A stretch of 64,000 bases of DNA, from assembly GCA_963927785.1 (NCBI GenBank), contig CAWVBZ010000001.1, positions 67,783-131,782 on the forward strand, read 5' to 3'. Every line of letters begins with the position of its first letter. The first letter of the stretch is position 1. Origin of the DNA: Candidatus Saccharimonadota bacterium. Its GTDB lineage: Bacteria; Patescibacteriota; Saccharimonadia; Saccharimonadales; Saccharimonadaceae. The translations under genes were made by a program, and so were the position numbers. Shown here in pieces: positions 30,156-40,363 of the stretch. The notes beneath the pieces were generated by a model that was not told the DNA's origin, ran no database searches, and saw only the letters and a list, made by a program, of their open reading frames with translations.

Positions 30156-30300
30156 TTGTCGCTATCCTTTCTTGTAGGTGCTAAGGGTTGTCTAAACCCT
30201 AATGTAAAAGACAGCCAGATTATAGCACAATAATAATATTTGTCAATGCTGTATTTATGGTAATCTGACTGCCTAGTATCGAGTTCGCCGGTCGATTCGG

Positions 30301-31197
30301 TTAATTAATGGATGCTTCGTAAATCTGTTGAATGGCTGCCTCTAATGCTTGATTAAACTCTTCGTCGCTTTGCTGGGCACGCAAGTTCTGTAGTAGCGCG
30401 CGCGAGAAGCTGGCCGGCATATTACGGTTTTGGGCTAATCGCTCGCAAGCAGCGTCGACGCTATGTCCACCAGATAGAGCCACAATGCGCACGACGGCTG
30501 GATTGTCATACAGGCTTTCGTACAAGTTTGGTTCATCTGGAATAGTAAACTTAAACATGATTTTGTCGTCAGCATTCCAGTTATCTAGATGGCGCTCAAT
30601 AACAGCCTTCATGGTACGTTCACACTCAGCCTTGCTGGGCGCATCAATGCTTACCTCTGGCTCGATAATGGGCACTAGCCCGGCGTCACAGATGATTTTA
30701 GCTATCTCAAACTGCTGGTCAATAACCCGACGAATGCCGTCTGAATCCATTCCATGGATTACAGAGCGCATTTTGGTGCCAAAAACACCATGTTCGTTGG
30801 CTTCGGCCAATTTATGGTCTAACTCGGGGATGGGCTTCATTAGCTGGACGTGGTCAGTTTCAGGTGCTAGTCCATCATCTACCTTTAAAAATGGCACGAT
30901 ATGTTTATCCTGCCACAGATATTCGGCAGTAAACTTATCGCCAATCTTAGACAGCATGGTACGCTCAAATAGAATTGCCCCAATGATATGCTCATTGGTG
31001 AATGCTGGGCTGGTAATGATGCGTGTACGCATCTGATGCACCAGGTTAAACATTTCCTCGTCATTATGATAGGCTGATTCGTCGATGCCGTAGTTCTTTA
31101 GCGCCTTGGGTGTGGAACCACCACTCTGGTCTAGGGCGGCAATAAAGCCTTGCCCATGACGCATCTGCTCAAGCATTGCTTGTTTATCCGTTTCCAT
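30301..31197 (-). CDS. fba: Fructose-bisphosphate aldolase class I (bacterial type)
   Basis: GFIAALDQSGGSTPKAL, FGTKMRSVI, GLVPIIEPEV, RIVALSGG, ASFSRAL. Confidence 0.95.
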   Translation of the reverse strand: METDKQAMLEQMRHGQGFIAALDQSGGSTPKALKNYGIDESAYHNDEEMFNLVHQMRTRIITSPAFTNEHIIGAILFERTMLSKIGDKFTAEYLWQDKHIVPFLKVDDGLAPETDHVQLMKPIPELDHKLAEANEHGVFGTKMRSVIHGMDSDGIRRVIDQQFEIAKIICDAGLVPIIEPEVSIDAPSKAECERTMKAVIERHLDNWNADDKIMFKFTIPDEPNLYESLYDNPAVVRIVALSGGHSVDAACERLAQNRNMPASFSRALLQNLRAQQSDEEFNQALEAAIQQIYEASIN

Positions 31198-31220
31198 TTT
31201 TATCCCCCTAATTCTTTTAG

Positions 31221-31601
31221 TTATTTACGACGAAGAGAGCGCTTAATCTTAGCCACGATGCCACCTTTATTGGCGCCGTCGTTGCGTCGCTCGGTCTTGT
31301 AGCGACGGATCTGCCCCTGTAGCTTACGCTCAACCTCGTCAACAGCAGCGGCTACGCTGGGTGATGTCTCGCTGGCAACCAAAGTCTTGTCTGGCAAAGT
31401 CAGAACAACGTCGCACTGGTATTTGTTTTCGGCTTTTTGATCAATTTCAGTGATCTTAGCACTGGCGAATGCTGAACGACGACTATGCATAGGCATATGA
31501 TTAACTAATTTGCGACACTTCTTTTCGACATAGCTACGTTCCTGGTCGGTCAATTTGTAATTGGTACCAGAAATTTCGATATTAAGGACTTTGTCACTCA
31601 T
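31221..31601 (-). CDS. hpf: Ribosome hibernation factor HPF/RaiA (short form)
   Basis: IEISGTNYKLT...YVEKK...AAVDEVERKLQGQIRRYK. Confidence 0.85.
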   Translation of the reverse strand: MSDKVLNIEISGTNYKLTDQERSYVEKKCRKLVNHMPMHSRRSAFASAKITEIDQKAENKYQCDVVLTLPDKTLVASETSPSVAAAVDEVERKLQGQIRRYKTERRNDGANKGGIVAKIKRSLRRK

Positions 31602-31652
31602 GGCTTCCCTCCTATCTTTACACCTTTATTCTAACATAGTAACCGCTGAAAA

Positions 31653-32897
31653 CTATAGCTCAGTGCGGCCATTTAGGTATGGTTGCAATGCCTCGGGCAC
31701 AGTTAACTTACCACCCTCGGTAGCGTAGTTTTCAATGACGGCCACCATGGTGCGAGCCAAGCTAATGGCGGTTCCATTCAAAGTGTGGACGTTTTTGATG
31801 GTGCCGTCAGCCAAACGAACACGAGTGTTGACGGTATTGGCCTGGAAGTCAGTGCAGTTGCTACAGCTGGTCAGCTCACGATAAGTCTGATCATGTGGGC
31901 TCCAGTATTCGATGTCATACTTTTTGGCGGCTGGAGCACCTAGATCACCAGCGGCAATGTTGACTACACGGTATGGGATACCTAGCTCCTGCCAAATCTC
32001 TTCCTCGACACCACGAATCTTCTCGTGAATTTCCTTGCTCTGCTCGGGCAGGCAAAAGGCATACATTTCTAGCTTGTTGAACTGATGAACTCGAAACAGG
32101 CCGCGAGTGTGCTTACCGGCGGCGCCAGCTTCTTTGCGGTAGCACGGTGAATAGCCAGCGTATAACAGCGGTAGGTCCTTCTCGTCCAGAATTTCATCCA
32201 TGTGGTAGCCGGTTATAGACATCTCAGCAGTGGCAATCAGTCCTAAGTCTTCCTTCTCGATGAAATACTCATCGCTTTGGTCGCTAGTCCGTGGGGCAAA
32301 CCCAGTGCCGGCAAAGACTCGCCCCTTAACCATGTGTGGCACAGTCATGAAGTTAAAGCCCTTGTTGATAACCTTGTTAATACCAAACTGAGTTAGAGCA
32401 TTCTCCAATAGGGCTAGCTCGTTCTTGAGAAAGTAGAACTTAGCTCCGGCCACCTTGGCACCACGTTCGAAATCTACCCAGTTACGACTGACGGCGTAAT
32501 CCAGATGATCAACGCCGGATTGCTTGCGTTCGCCCCATTCGGCTACTGGAACGCTATCTTCCTCTCCGCCCATTGGCACATCGTCAAAAATAATGTTGGG
32601 TAGCGAATTAATGCCCTCGGTTAGCTTGGCATCGACTTCCTTTAGCTGGGCCTCTAACTCGGCTAGTTTAGCTTTAACTTCCTTGCCCTGGGCAATTAGC
32701 TTATTGTCTGGTTTGCCACCCTTCATTTGAGCAGCAATATCATTGCGTTGGGCGCGTAGCTCGTCAACTTGCTGTTGTAGCTCACGCTTCTTGCTGTCTA
32801 CCTTCAGTACATCTGCCACATTAACCTTGTAGCGTTTGGCGTCAGCCGACTTCTGGACCAGATCGGCATTCTCGCGGATGAAACGAATATCTAACAT
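31653..32897 (-). CDS. serS: Seryl-tRNA synthetase
   Basis: MLDIRFIRE, LIATAE, CYRKEAG, RGLFRVHQFNK, YRELTSCSNCTDFQA, HTLNGT. Confidence 0.98.
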   Translation of the reverse strand: MLDIRFIRENADLVQKSADAKRYKVNVADVLKVDSKKRELQQQVDELRAQRNDIAAQMKGGKPDNKLIAQGKEVKAKLAELEAQLKEVDAKLTEGINSLPNIIFDDVPMGGEEDSVPVAEWGERKQSGVDHLDYAVSRNWVDFERGAKVAGAKFYFLKNELALLENALTQFGINKVINKGFNFMTVPHMVKGRVFAGTGFAPRTSDQSDEYFIEKEDLGLIATAEMSITGYHMDEILDEKDLPLLYAGYSPCYRKEAGAAGKHTRGLFRVHQFNKLEMYAFCLPEQSKEIHEKIRGVEEEIWQELGIPYRVVNIAAGDLGAPAAKKYDIEYWSPHDQTYRELTSCSNCTDFQANTVNTRVRLADGTIKNVHTLNGTAISLARTMVAVIENYATEGGKLTVPEALQPYLNGRTEL

Positions 32898-33003
32898 AGC
32901 TATATTTTAGCATGGTAAGAGAAAAGCTTCGCTGTGGAGCCACTCTTGTCATCTGGCTCCATCGTTTTCATCATAGCCCTAGCCTAGCTACCATAGCTGG
33001 CGA

Positions 33004-33951
33004 TTATTTACGCGGCGACTCGTCAATTGAATAGATCTGAATTTTGTCCCATACGTCAGATAAATTGTCGACTGTTAAGAGCTTTTGTAATAATGGCCAT
33101 GACTCCAGCACGCCAATTGATTGATAGCCATAGATTAGTCCGGCTGGTGTATATCTCTGTTTGATGTATGACTGCAGGTCGTCTGGACACTTAATAGCTG
33201 GGTTGCTGTCGAGCACGTCGCTGACTAACTCGTGAATATCGTCCAAGTTGCATGAGGCTGGCACGGCATAGTCAATGCTGCCTATAACGACTTGGTGTCC
33301 ATCAATATTATCTGTTTCAACAACATCGCACAAATAATAAGCTCCTACTTTTGCTAGCGATCTGGATGTGGCAAAAGTTAATAGCGAAAACATGTTAGCA
33401 AAAATCACCCAATCGTTTACCGAGTTGCTATCGAGAATGTAATTAACGGTTGAGACTTTGGTTGGTAATTTACCGGATGCGGTTAGACAATCTGTAAATT
33501 TTACCGTGTCGCCGCTATCATACGCTTGCTTTGTCGTGCGACGGGCGAAAGTGCCTAGTCCGTCCACAGATTGAAAGCCGACCTGAGACATTTGTTGAAT
33601 CTGGTTGTTTAGTTCATTGTGATTAGTAATTATGTATTTGGTCTCATCCTCAACAGATATTTGCAGTAAAGCCCGGTTCAATTCTTCGTCAGTTATGCGT
33701 ATATTATCTGACTTGATGAAATCGTCTAATAATTTATTGCCTAATTGATTGTCTGAAGCGTTATAAATGAAGATAATATCGTCAAATGTTTCGCCCCGGA
33801 TGTCGGTTGTGGCGTCGGGGTTATGCCCTGTATCAATGGTGTAATCATGGAATTTATGTATAAAAGCGTGCTCAAACAGGTGAGCTGTAACTTGGCTAAT
33901 ATTATGGCTGAATCGCAAGGAATAGAGTTTACTGTGGGATAGACTGCTCAT
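33004..33951 (-). CDS. Hypothetical protein with M16/insulinase-like HxxEH motif
   Basis: TAHLFEH near the N-terminus; remainder not recognised. Confidence 0.5.
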   Translation of the reverse strand: MSSLSHSKLYSLRFSHNISQVTAHLFEHAFIHKFHDYTIDTGHNPDATTDIRGETFDDIIFIYNASDNQLGNKLLDDFIKSDNIRITDEELNRALLQISVEDETKYIITNHNELNNQIQQMSQVGFQSVDGLGTFARRTTKQAYDSGDTVKFTDCLTASGKLPTKVSTVNYILDSNSVNDWVIFANMFSLLTFATSRSLAKVGAYYLCDVVETDNIDGHQVVIGSIDYAVPASCNLDDIHELVSDVLDSNPAIKCPDDLQSYIKQRYTPAGLIYGYQSIGVLESWPLLQKLLTVDNLSDVWDKIQIYSIDESPRK

Positions 33952-34044
33952 GGTTTGTTATAAAGTAATATCGTAAGACGAAAGCGATTGCAAACAAGGC
34001 GATAAAAATGGGGCGCCCGTGGTGGGCGCCCCGCTTGGGAGTGG

Positions 34045-35079
34045 TTACTGGGTTTGTTTCTGTTGCAGTGCGCTGCCTAGGTCAAGCATTAACCCTTCGC
34101 TCTGTGGCACGACGATAAACTTGGACTCGCCCAGTTTATCGATGTAGTGCTGCATCAGTACGTCGTCGGTTAGCGACTGCTGCAGGATAGCATTGGCGTC
34201 AGCTTCGCCTTGTGCTTCGATGCGCTGAGTTTCGGCTTGAACTTTGGCAGTTTCCTGCTCATTCTGAGCCTGCTGCTTAGCAACCTCGGCTTCTTGGGCT
34301 TGGTTGTATCGCTCCTCGATGGCCTGATTGTAGCGTACGTCCTGGACGCTGACCTGCTCGATGATCAGACCCATGCTAGACCATTTTTCGGACAGAGCAT
34401 CCTCGATGGCCTTTGCAAACTCGCCGCGATTATTCAGCATGGTGATGGTGTCAAACTGACCAGACTCAGTACGCGGGATACTGCGGACATCGACGGCTAC
34501 AACTGATCGGACAAAAGTCTCCTGCGAGCCGTAGTCTCGATACAAATCCATAGCATAGTCAGGGTCCAACGAGTAGTTGACCTGAATATCCACGTCGGCC
34601 GATGCGCCGCCCGAGTCGTTGACTGTTACCTGCGGACCATTGGCTGATCCACCAGTGTAGTCCTCTTCGCCATCGGCAACAAAGCTGATGACGTTATTGC
34701 GCTGGTCGTAGGTGATGGTGTCTTGCCACGGGGCCTTGAAGTGCAGGCCAGCATCCTTATTCATGCCATCGACAGTGCCCGTCACGCTACGTAAAACGAC
34801 AACGTCGCCAGCGTCCTGTGTGTAGATGCAGTTAAGTCCGCCAAAGACAATGGCGACGCCTAGGCCAACGATGGATGCGATGCGCGCTATCTGGAACTCG
34901 TACTTGGCGTCAGATAGTTTTTCTTCGTCTCCGCCATAGCCACTGCGCCATGAGTTACCACTCTTGGCTTTCTCTGCCTCCATCTTCTTGATGGTTGCAT
35001 TGAGTCGTATCTGAATAACGAGTCCGACCGGTGCGACGATAATGCCAATTATCGCCACTGCCAACAGAAAAATTGTCAT
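34045..35079 (-). CDS. SPFH/prohibitin (band 7) membrane protein
   Basis: Two N-terminal TM segments, GLHFKAPWQ, VDVQVNY-like segment, EQVSVQDV, Ala/Glu/Gln coiled coil. Confidence 0.88.
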   Translation of the reverse strand: MTIFLLAVAIIGIIVAPVGLVIQIRLNATIKKMEAEKAKSGNSWRSGYGGDEEKLSDAKYEFQIARIASIVGLGVAIVFGGLNCIYTQDAGDVVVLRSVTGTVDGMNKDAGLHFKAPWQDTITYDQRNNVISFVADGEEDYTGGSANGPQVTVNDSGGASADVDIQVNYSLDPDYAMDLYRDYGSQETFVRSVVAVDVRSIPRTESGQFDTITMLNNRGEFAKAIEDALSEKWSSMGLIIEQVSVQDVRYNQAIEERYNQAQEAEVAKQQAQNEQETAKVQAETQRIEAQGEADANAILQQSLTDDVLMQHYIDKLGESKFIVVPQSEGLMLDLGSALQQKQTQ

Positions 35080-35144
35080 GCTACTCCCTTCGTAAGGTGC
35101 ACCCCATCCAATACGGGGAACGTTGTAGTATTATATCACAACAT

Positions 35145-36428
35145 TTATTGGCTGTGTGTCAAGGAATGTTTATTGAAAAGTTTGATGCGTTTGTGGTAAT
35201 CGACGGCGCTAGCCTGGAACAATCTGGCTGCTACGATGAATATGGCGATTGTTGTTATTGTCATGATAATTAGACCAATAGCAGCGTTAGTTATGGTTAG
35301 CGTGCCTAGTGCACTCAACATCATTAGCATGATAGGTGCCGTCAATGGGCAATAGGTCATAATGATGACCACTGGCGCATCTGGCGTTGTCATGACAGTT
35401 GAAAAGATTAGGAATGGTGCCATTAGTAGTAAAATCGGCACGGACATGAATGAATTAGCCTCCTTGGCTGTTGGAGCGGCGGCCCCGACAGCAACTAGAA
35501 TGCCGCTATACATCAAGGTTGAAACGATAAATATCGCTATACTAATAGCTAATTTTGCTGGGTCAATGGTGACAAAGGACAAGTCTAGGGTCGGCAAATC
35601 CAGATAATGGGCTATCAATAAATACCCGCCGATTAGCAAACCGATAATTATTAGCACCTGAATAAAAATCAAGGTGATAAAGGCAAAGATTTTGCCGGTG
35701 ATAAGCGTGCGCGACTGGATGGTGGTTAACAGCATTTCGGTAATGCGGTTTTCCTTCTCCTCGACCGTTGATGTTAGCATCTGATTGCTAAAGACGCAGA
35801 TAATTAGATAGAACAGTATTAGGAATAGTACCGGCACTACTACATCATTTAGCGGATTATACTCTTGGCCATCCTTGTAATAGTGTGAGCTGCTGGTGAC
35901 GCTATCGGACAACACAGCTGCAACATTCGCATCACTAGTGGTCTGGACACTACTCTTTAATAATGATTCGGCGAATGAACTATACTTACCGTAGTCAAAG
36001 ACGCTGGCGTTCTGCCCATAGACGTCAACGCTGTCGTTAGCCAGATCGGCAGGGTAGTAAAAATAGGCGTCAATCTGGCTGTTGCGCACCATATCTACGC
36101 CCTGCTCCTTGTTATCAATAGTTCGAATGTCGAGTTGATCGATTAGCTGTTGATTGATCAAATGGCTATCGTCGGTGATGGCAATGCTAAAGTCGGTAGT
36201 AGTTGACTCGGTGACAGTCTCCTCACTGTCGCCGGCAGACATGCCGGACAAGAACGAGATGCCAAAGATAACCGCCAGCAATAGTGGCAATGCTAGGATG
36301 CTAATCCAAAAGCTTGGCTTTTTAAGCGTGCGGGTAACTTCAAATTTATAAACGATGCCAAAGTTGCGACCAAAGAAATGGCGTCGAGGTGAATTCGTGG
36401 ACGGTTGCGTGGCGGTGTGCTTACTCAT
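35145..36428 (-). CDS. ABC-2 type exporter permease
   Basis: VEEKENRITEMLL, TGKI, six TM helices; coupled to the ATPase gene. Confidence 0.9.
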   Translation of the reverse strand: MSKHTATQPSTNSPRRHFFGRNFGIVYKFEVTRTLKKPSFWISILALPLLLAVIFGISFLSGMSAGDSEETVTESTTTDFSIAITDDSHLINQQLIDQLDIRTIDNKEQGVDMVRNSQIDAYFYYPADLANDSVDVYGQNASVFDYGKYSSFAESLLKSSVQTTSDANVAAVLSDSVTSSSHYYKDGQEYNPLNDVVVPVLFLILFYLIICVFSNQMLTSTVEEKENRITEMLLTTIQSRTLITGKIFAFITLIFIQVLIIIGLLIGGYLLIAHYLDLPTLDLSFVTIDPAKLAISIAIFIVSTLMYSGILVAVGAAAPTAKEANSFMSVPILLLMAPFLIFSTVMTTPDAPVVIIMTYCPLTAPIMLMMLSALGTLTITNAAIGLIIMTITTIAIFIVAARLFQASAVDYHKRIKLFNKHSLTHSQ

Positions 36429-37251
36429 TGTCGGCCTCCTCTACTGCACCCTTGCTGTAGTTACTATCAATAAATTGGCTAATGCTGGTTTGATCTGGTC
36501 GACCGTAAATGTCGACAAAGATATCGTCGATGCTGGCGCCGTGATGCTTCTTCTTGATTTCAGCGACAGTGCCATACTCTCTGGCGACGCCGTCCTTTAG
36601 CAACAGAATGCGGTCGCAAATTTTCTCTACCTCGTCCATCTGGTGACTAACCATAATGACGGTGGTTCCCTGGTGATGTAGGGCAAAAATCATATCCATT
36701 AGTAGTCGGCGGTTGACTGGATCAAAACCTTTGGTTGGTTCATCCAAAATGAGCAGCTCTGGCTGGTTCATGATGGCAATGCCCAACTGAATTTTTTGTT
36801 GCTGACCGCCGCTTAACTTATCAATGCGCGTGTGGGCGTGGTCGGTTAAGCCGACTTGGGATAAATAATCTATCGAGAATTGCCGAGCGGCTTGTTTGGC
36901 CATGCCCTTTAGCTGACCAAAGTAAGTCATGACGTCGATAACAGGCTCCTTTTTATATAACCCCCGTTCCTCGGGCAAATAACCGATACGTAAGTGACGA
37001 TCAACGCTAAATGGCGCACCGTTTATCAATAACTTACCCGCCTCTGGCTGGTAAATGCCCAATAAAGCACGCAATGTTGTCGTTTTGCCGCTACCATTGG
37101 AGCCTAATAGGCCAAATATTTCACCACGCTGAACGGTAAAAGATAAGTCTTTGACGACGATTTTGTCATCAAAGGACATGCGGAAGTGTTGAATATCGAC
37201 GATTGAATCAGCTGAAGATTGCCTGGCTGACACTTCTACCCCCTGTTTCAT
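36421..37251 (-). CDS. ABC transporter ATP-binding protein
   Basis: GSNGSGKT, LSGGQQQ, LILDEP, SHQ. Confidence 0.95.
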   Translation of the reverse strand: MKQGVEVSARQSSADSIVDIQHFRMSFDDKIVVKDLSFTVQRGEIFGLLGSNGSGKTTTLRALLGIYQPEAGKLLINGAPFSVDRHLRIGYLPEERGLYKKEPVIDVMTYFGQLKGMAKQAARQFSIDYLSQVGLTDHAHTRIDKLSGGQQQKIQLGIAIMNQPELLILDEPTKGFDPVNRRLLMDMIFALHHQGTTVIMVSHQMDEVEKICDRILLLKDGVAREYGTVAEIKKKHHGASIDDIFVDIYGRPDQTSISQFIDSNYSKGAVEEADNE

Positions 37252-37352
37252 GACTTAACTTTTTCATATATACCCTGAGTATACAGTAAAATAGCCACTT
37301 CTCATAATTGAAAAGCGGCTATTCTATTTCGTTGAATTACCAAGGATGAATT

Positions 37353-38777
37353 CTATTGATCGATGATAGTAATGGTTGCTCCATTCTCTGGCTCAACCGT
37401 CCATTCGCCGGATGATACATTGTCGCTATCGGTGCTCATATTAGTAAGATTAAGATCCAGTGATTGGTTGTTGGAAGTTGACGAGCTACTGTTGAGTGTG
37501 CTCTGCAATTCAGAAATTTCGCTCATAACATCGGTCAGGCTCTTGGCGTCGCTAGGCGTGTCGATGGATGGGGCGGTGTTGCTAAAGTCCATGGATAGCT
37601 TAGTCGTCACGCCATTATCCCTGCTGTTTAAGGTTAATGCGGTTGCCTCGTGATTGAACATGCCCTTGATGTATAGTTGGAGCGATGTATCTGATTCGTC
37701 GATCGATTCGCCCATTTGCTTTAGGGTGTTATCGTCAAGGTCAGTGTTGACATCCATGCCATTATCTTTGAAGCAATTGACCATACTTTGGGCTAAATCA
37801 GTATTGACAATCTTTTTGTAAAAATCGCCAAAGTGCTCTCCGTCAAAGCTAATATCGTAATAACCGCCTCGGTCATCTTTGCCATTGTCGCCGATGACTA
37901 AGAATTCTGTGTCAATCAAAGCGTCAACAATCTGTTGCTGAGTGGCACGGTCGTCTAGCTGGTCGAACATGTTCGAATAGCACTGTAAGGCTTTTTCTGG
38001 GTCGACGTTTGGACTGGCTTTGTCAGATATAGACACGTTTGTCGATATGGATGACGTCAGCGAGGATGAGCTATTGTTCATGGCGTTTTTTAAATCGTCC
38101 TTGCTGATGCTAATCCATTGCCCGTCAATATCCACGCCCATCATACTAAATAGCGTGTTGTACCTGCCACTAAGGTCTAATTTGACATAAGCTTTGTCGC
38201 CATCACTCATAGCTGAAACGGTGCCGATATTCATATCCTGACCGTCGACTTTGCCGTCAATGTTAGCGGTAATGGCGGCTTTGCCCGAAGCTAGGTAATC
38301 TACATTGCCATCCAGCTTAATGTTATTGCCTGCTCCGCTCATGCTAAGCTCGTACTCAATGGAATTATCGCGCGTAGCCATCATTGAGTACAGGGCGTCA
38401 CGCACGATATTAACCCTGTTGTTAACGAAGGCGAAATACCAGACCAACAAGCCTACGATAATGATAAATGGGATACCAATACCCAAAATCCACTTTAGTG
38501 GTGAAGACTTCTTCTTGACTTTGGCTCCAGTCATTGGCGCGTCGGGTGTAATATTATTGGCTCCACTAAAAATATTGGTCGTGTTTACATTGTTGTCCAA
38601 ATTTGGACTTGTTGCGTCAGCTGGTGATGTGGAGCTAGCGGCTGAGGCGGCCTGGCTGTTGGTGATGCTAGGGGCCGTTGACGGTGCTTTAGCAAAGGGG
38701 TTTGTCCCACCCTGCGCTGGCGCAGAGTCATCTGGCGTAAGTTGTTTTTTGACGCCAGGACGTATGTCGTTATTCAT
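37353..38777 (-). CDS. Single-TM exported hypothetical protein
   Basis: Low-complexity N-terminus, KKKSS followed by a TM helix, large extracellular domain. Confidence 0.75.
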   Translation of the reverse strand: MNNDIRPGVKKQLTPDDSAPAQGGTNPFAKAPSTAPSITNSQAASAASSTSPADATSPNLDNNVNTTNIFSGANNITPDAPMTGAKVKKKSSPLKWILGIGIPFIIIVGLLVWYFAFVNNRVNIVRDALYSMMATRDNSIEYELSMSGAGNNIKLDGNVDYLASGKAAITANIDGKVDGQDMNIGTVSAMSDGDKAYVKLDLSGRYNTLFSMMGVDIDGQWISISKDDLKNAMNNSSSSLTSSISTNVSISDKASPNVDPEKALQCYSNMFDQLDDRATQQQIVDALIDTEFLVIGDNGKDDRGGYYDISFDGEHFGDFYKKIVNTDLAQSMVNCFKDNGMDVNTDLDDNTLKQMGESIDESDTSLQLYIKGMFNHEATALTLNSRDNGVTTKLSMDFSNTAPSIDTPSDAKSLTDVMSEISELQSTLNSSSSTSNNQSLDLNLTNMSTDSDNVSSGEWTVEPENGATITIIDQ

Positions 38778-38867
38778 AATGTCAGTATAACATAAGCAAG
38801 ATGTGGTAATTAATGAGCCCCTGTTACGTCAGGGGCTCAGTTGAATATTTGAATATAGATGGACAAA

Positions 38868-39524
38868 CTAGTCGACAGACTCGTCGTCGGCGTCGGCATC
38901 AGTCGCGGGATCATCACCTATCTCGACAGTGTGAAACTGGCTGAGATCATAATAGGTGTCGTGAGGCTGGGCTAAATCTAAGCCAATCGACTCGACTAAA
39001 TAGCTAGCCAGTCCCTTGACATCGATTTGTTCGTCAGCATTGGGCATCGTCAGTGCTCTGATGGCAGCCATGCTAGTATGCCATAGAATCATCTCATCGG
39101 CACGCCTACGGGCTCGTTCAATGTAATAACGAATCACATTGGAGATGTCGACTGACATGCCATCATCAACTGTCGTGTTGAATGCTAGGGCGGTAGCCTC
39201 AAGCAACGAGTTGATGGACTCGTTGAGGTCGTAGGCCCCGCCGACCCTCATCTTGATCGACGAGTCTCGGAAAGTGATGCCTGCACTCAGATTGATAAAG
39301 CCCAGATATTCGGTGGCGATCATAAAATCGTCAATCAGCTGCTGATTCTCTTCGTCCAGGTGGTCAAGCTGCTTGATGTAGTCTTGGGCGTGATATAGGC
39401 GCAAGACCTCGCCATGAGTGAAGTTGTGGCTCAGTGCCAGGACGACTCTAAAGTCGCCAGTTGGCAACTCGCTAACCTTGACGACGACGCAAAGCCGTGC
39501 TGCAGTATTCCTTGTAGTGTCCAT
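38868..39524 (-). CDS. Hypothetical protein with acidic tail
   Basis: Start reassigned to ATG 39524 (SD GAAAGG; promoter TTGACA-N17-TATTGT at 39607-39579). Confidence 0.65.
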   Translation of the reverse strand: MDTTRNTAARLCVVVKVSELPTGDFRVVLALSHNFTHGEVLRLYHAQDYIKQLDHLDEENQQLIDDFMIATEYLGFINLSAGITFRDSSIKMRVGGAYDLNESINSLLEATALAFNTTVDDGMSVDISNVIRYYIERARRRADEMILWHTSMAAIRALTMPNADEQIDVKGLASYLVESIGLDLAQPHDTYYDLSQFHTVEIGDDPATDADADDESVD

Positions 39525-39677
39525 GATAGGTGCAACCTTTCTGGTAGATGCTCTGGTATCTCCAGAACATTCGAGCATACAATAATAAATAATTTCATTG
39601 TTGTCAAGGTATGACATGAGCCCCTCGCGGATGCAAGGGGCTCGGGTGGGCAGATGTAGAAGCTGGGCGACGACTGC

Positions 39678-40256
39678 TTATGCAGGCTGGCCGTCAACCG
39701 GCCGGGGCGTCATCTCCGGATTGGGGTCATTCGCCTTGTCGGAAGCATTGGTCTCCGGCTTGTCGTCGGGGTCGTTGTTCGACCCGTCGGAGCCGTCGAT
39801 GTCGGAGAGAATGACATCCGTCAAAGCGGCGGCTGCAAGCTGGCGAAAAGCCTAGAACTCGTAGTGGCTCGTGTCGACGACGATGTTCGTCTCCTCGGGG
39901 TCGACATGGAAAACGTCAGTGGCGATCTTCTTGCAGAAACCCTCGACGACATTCGGGATGTCGTAGGCCTTGCTGAAGGCCAGGCACATGTAGGAGTCAG
40001 TGGCGCACAGGCGGTGGTTGAGAGCAACCGCTTCGGTTTGCTGGGCGATATTCGCGATGGCGCGCAGCACCTCGGCCTGCCCTTCGCTCACCTTGGCCAA
40101 CGCCTCCTCATTGTCAAACTCGCTGTCGTGACCGAAAACGAGGATGACCTGCTCCCCTCGAGTCAACGACCTGTTGAGCGAGATTTGAAAACAATAACCG
40201 TCGCCGTAGTCGTAGTCGAGCTTAGCAATGATGTTCAGCTTCTTGTTCTGTGTCAT
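39678..40256 (-). pseudogene. Hypothetical gene with internal TAG (39852-39854) and an in-frame acidic continuation of 57 sense codons
   Basis: After YEF* the same frame reads AFRQLAAAALTDVILSDIDGSDGSNNDPDDKPETNASDKANDPNPEMTPRPVDGQPA* with similar codon style. Confidence 0.55.
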
Positions 40257-40363
40257 AAGGTGCGACCTTTCTTTGGTATGGTTCTGGCCTTTCCAGAACT
40301 CTAATATATAATAACACTGTGGCTGCGAGTTGTCAATAGCGCCAAACCACGTAATGATATAAT

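Noticed and set aside
26395-30250. Integron cassette array
   Set aside because: No integrase seen, and the hairpins lack RYYYAAC/GTTRRRY attC ends; genes carry their own promoters
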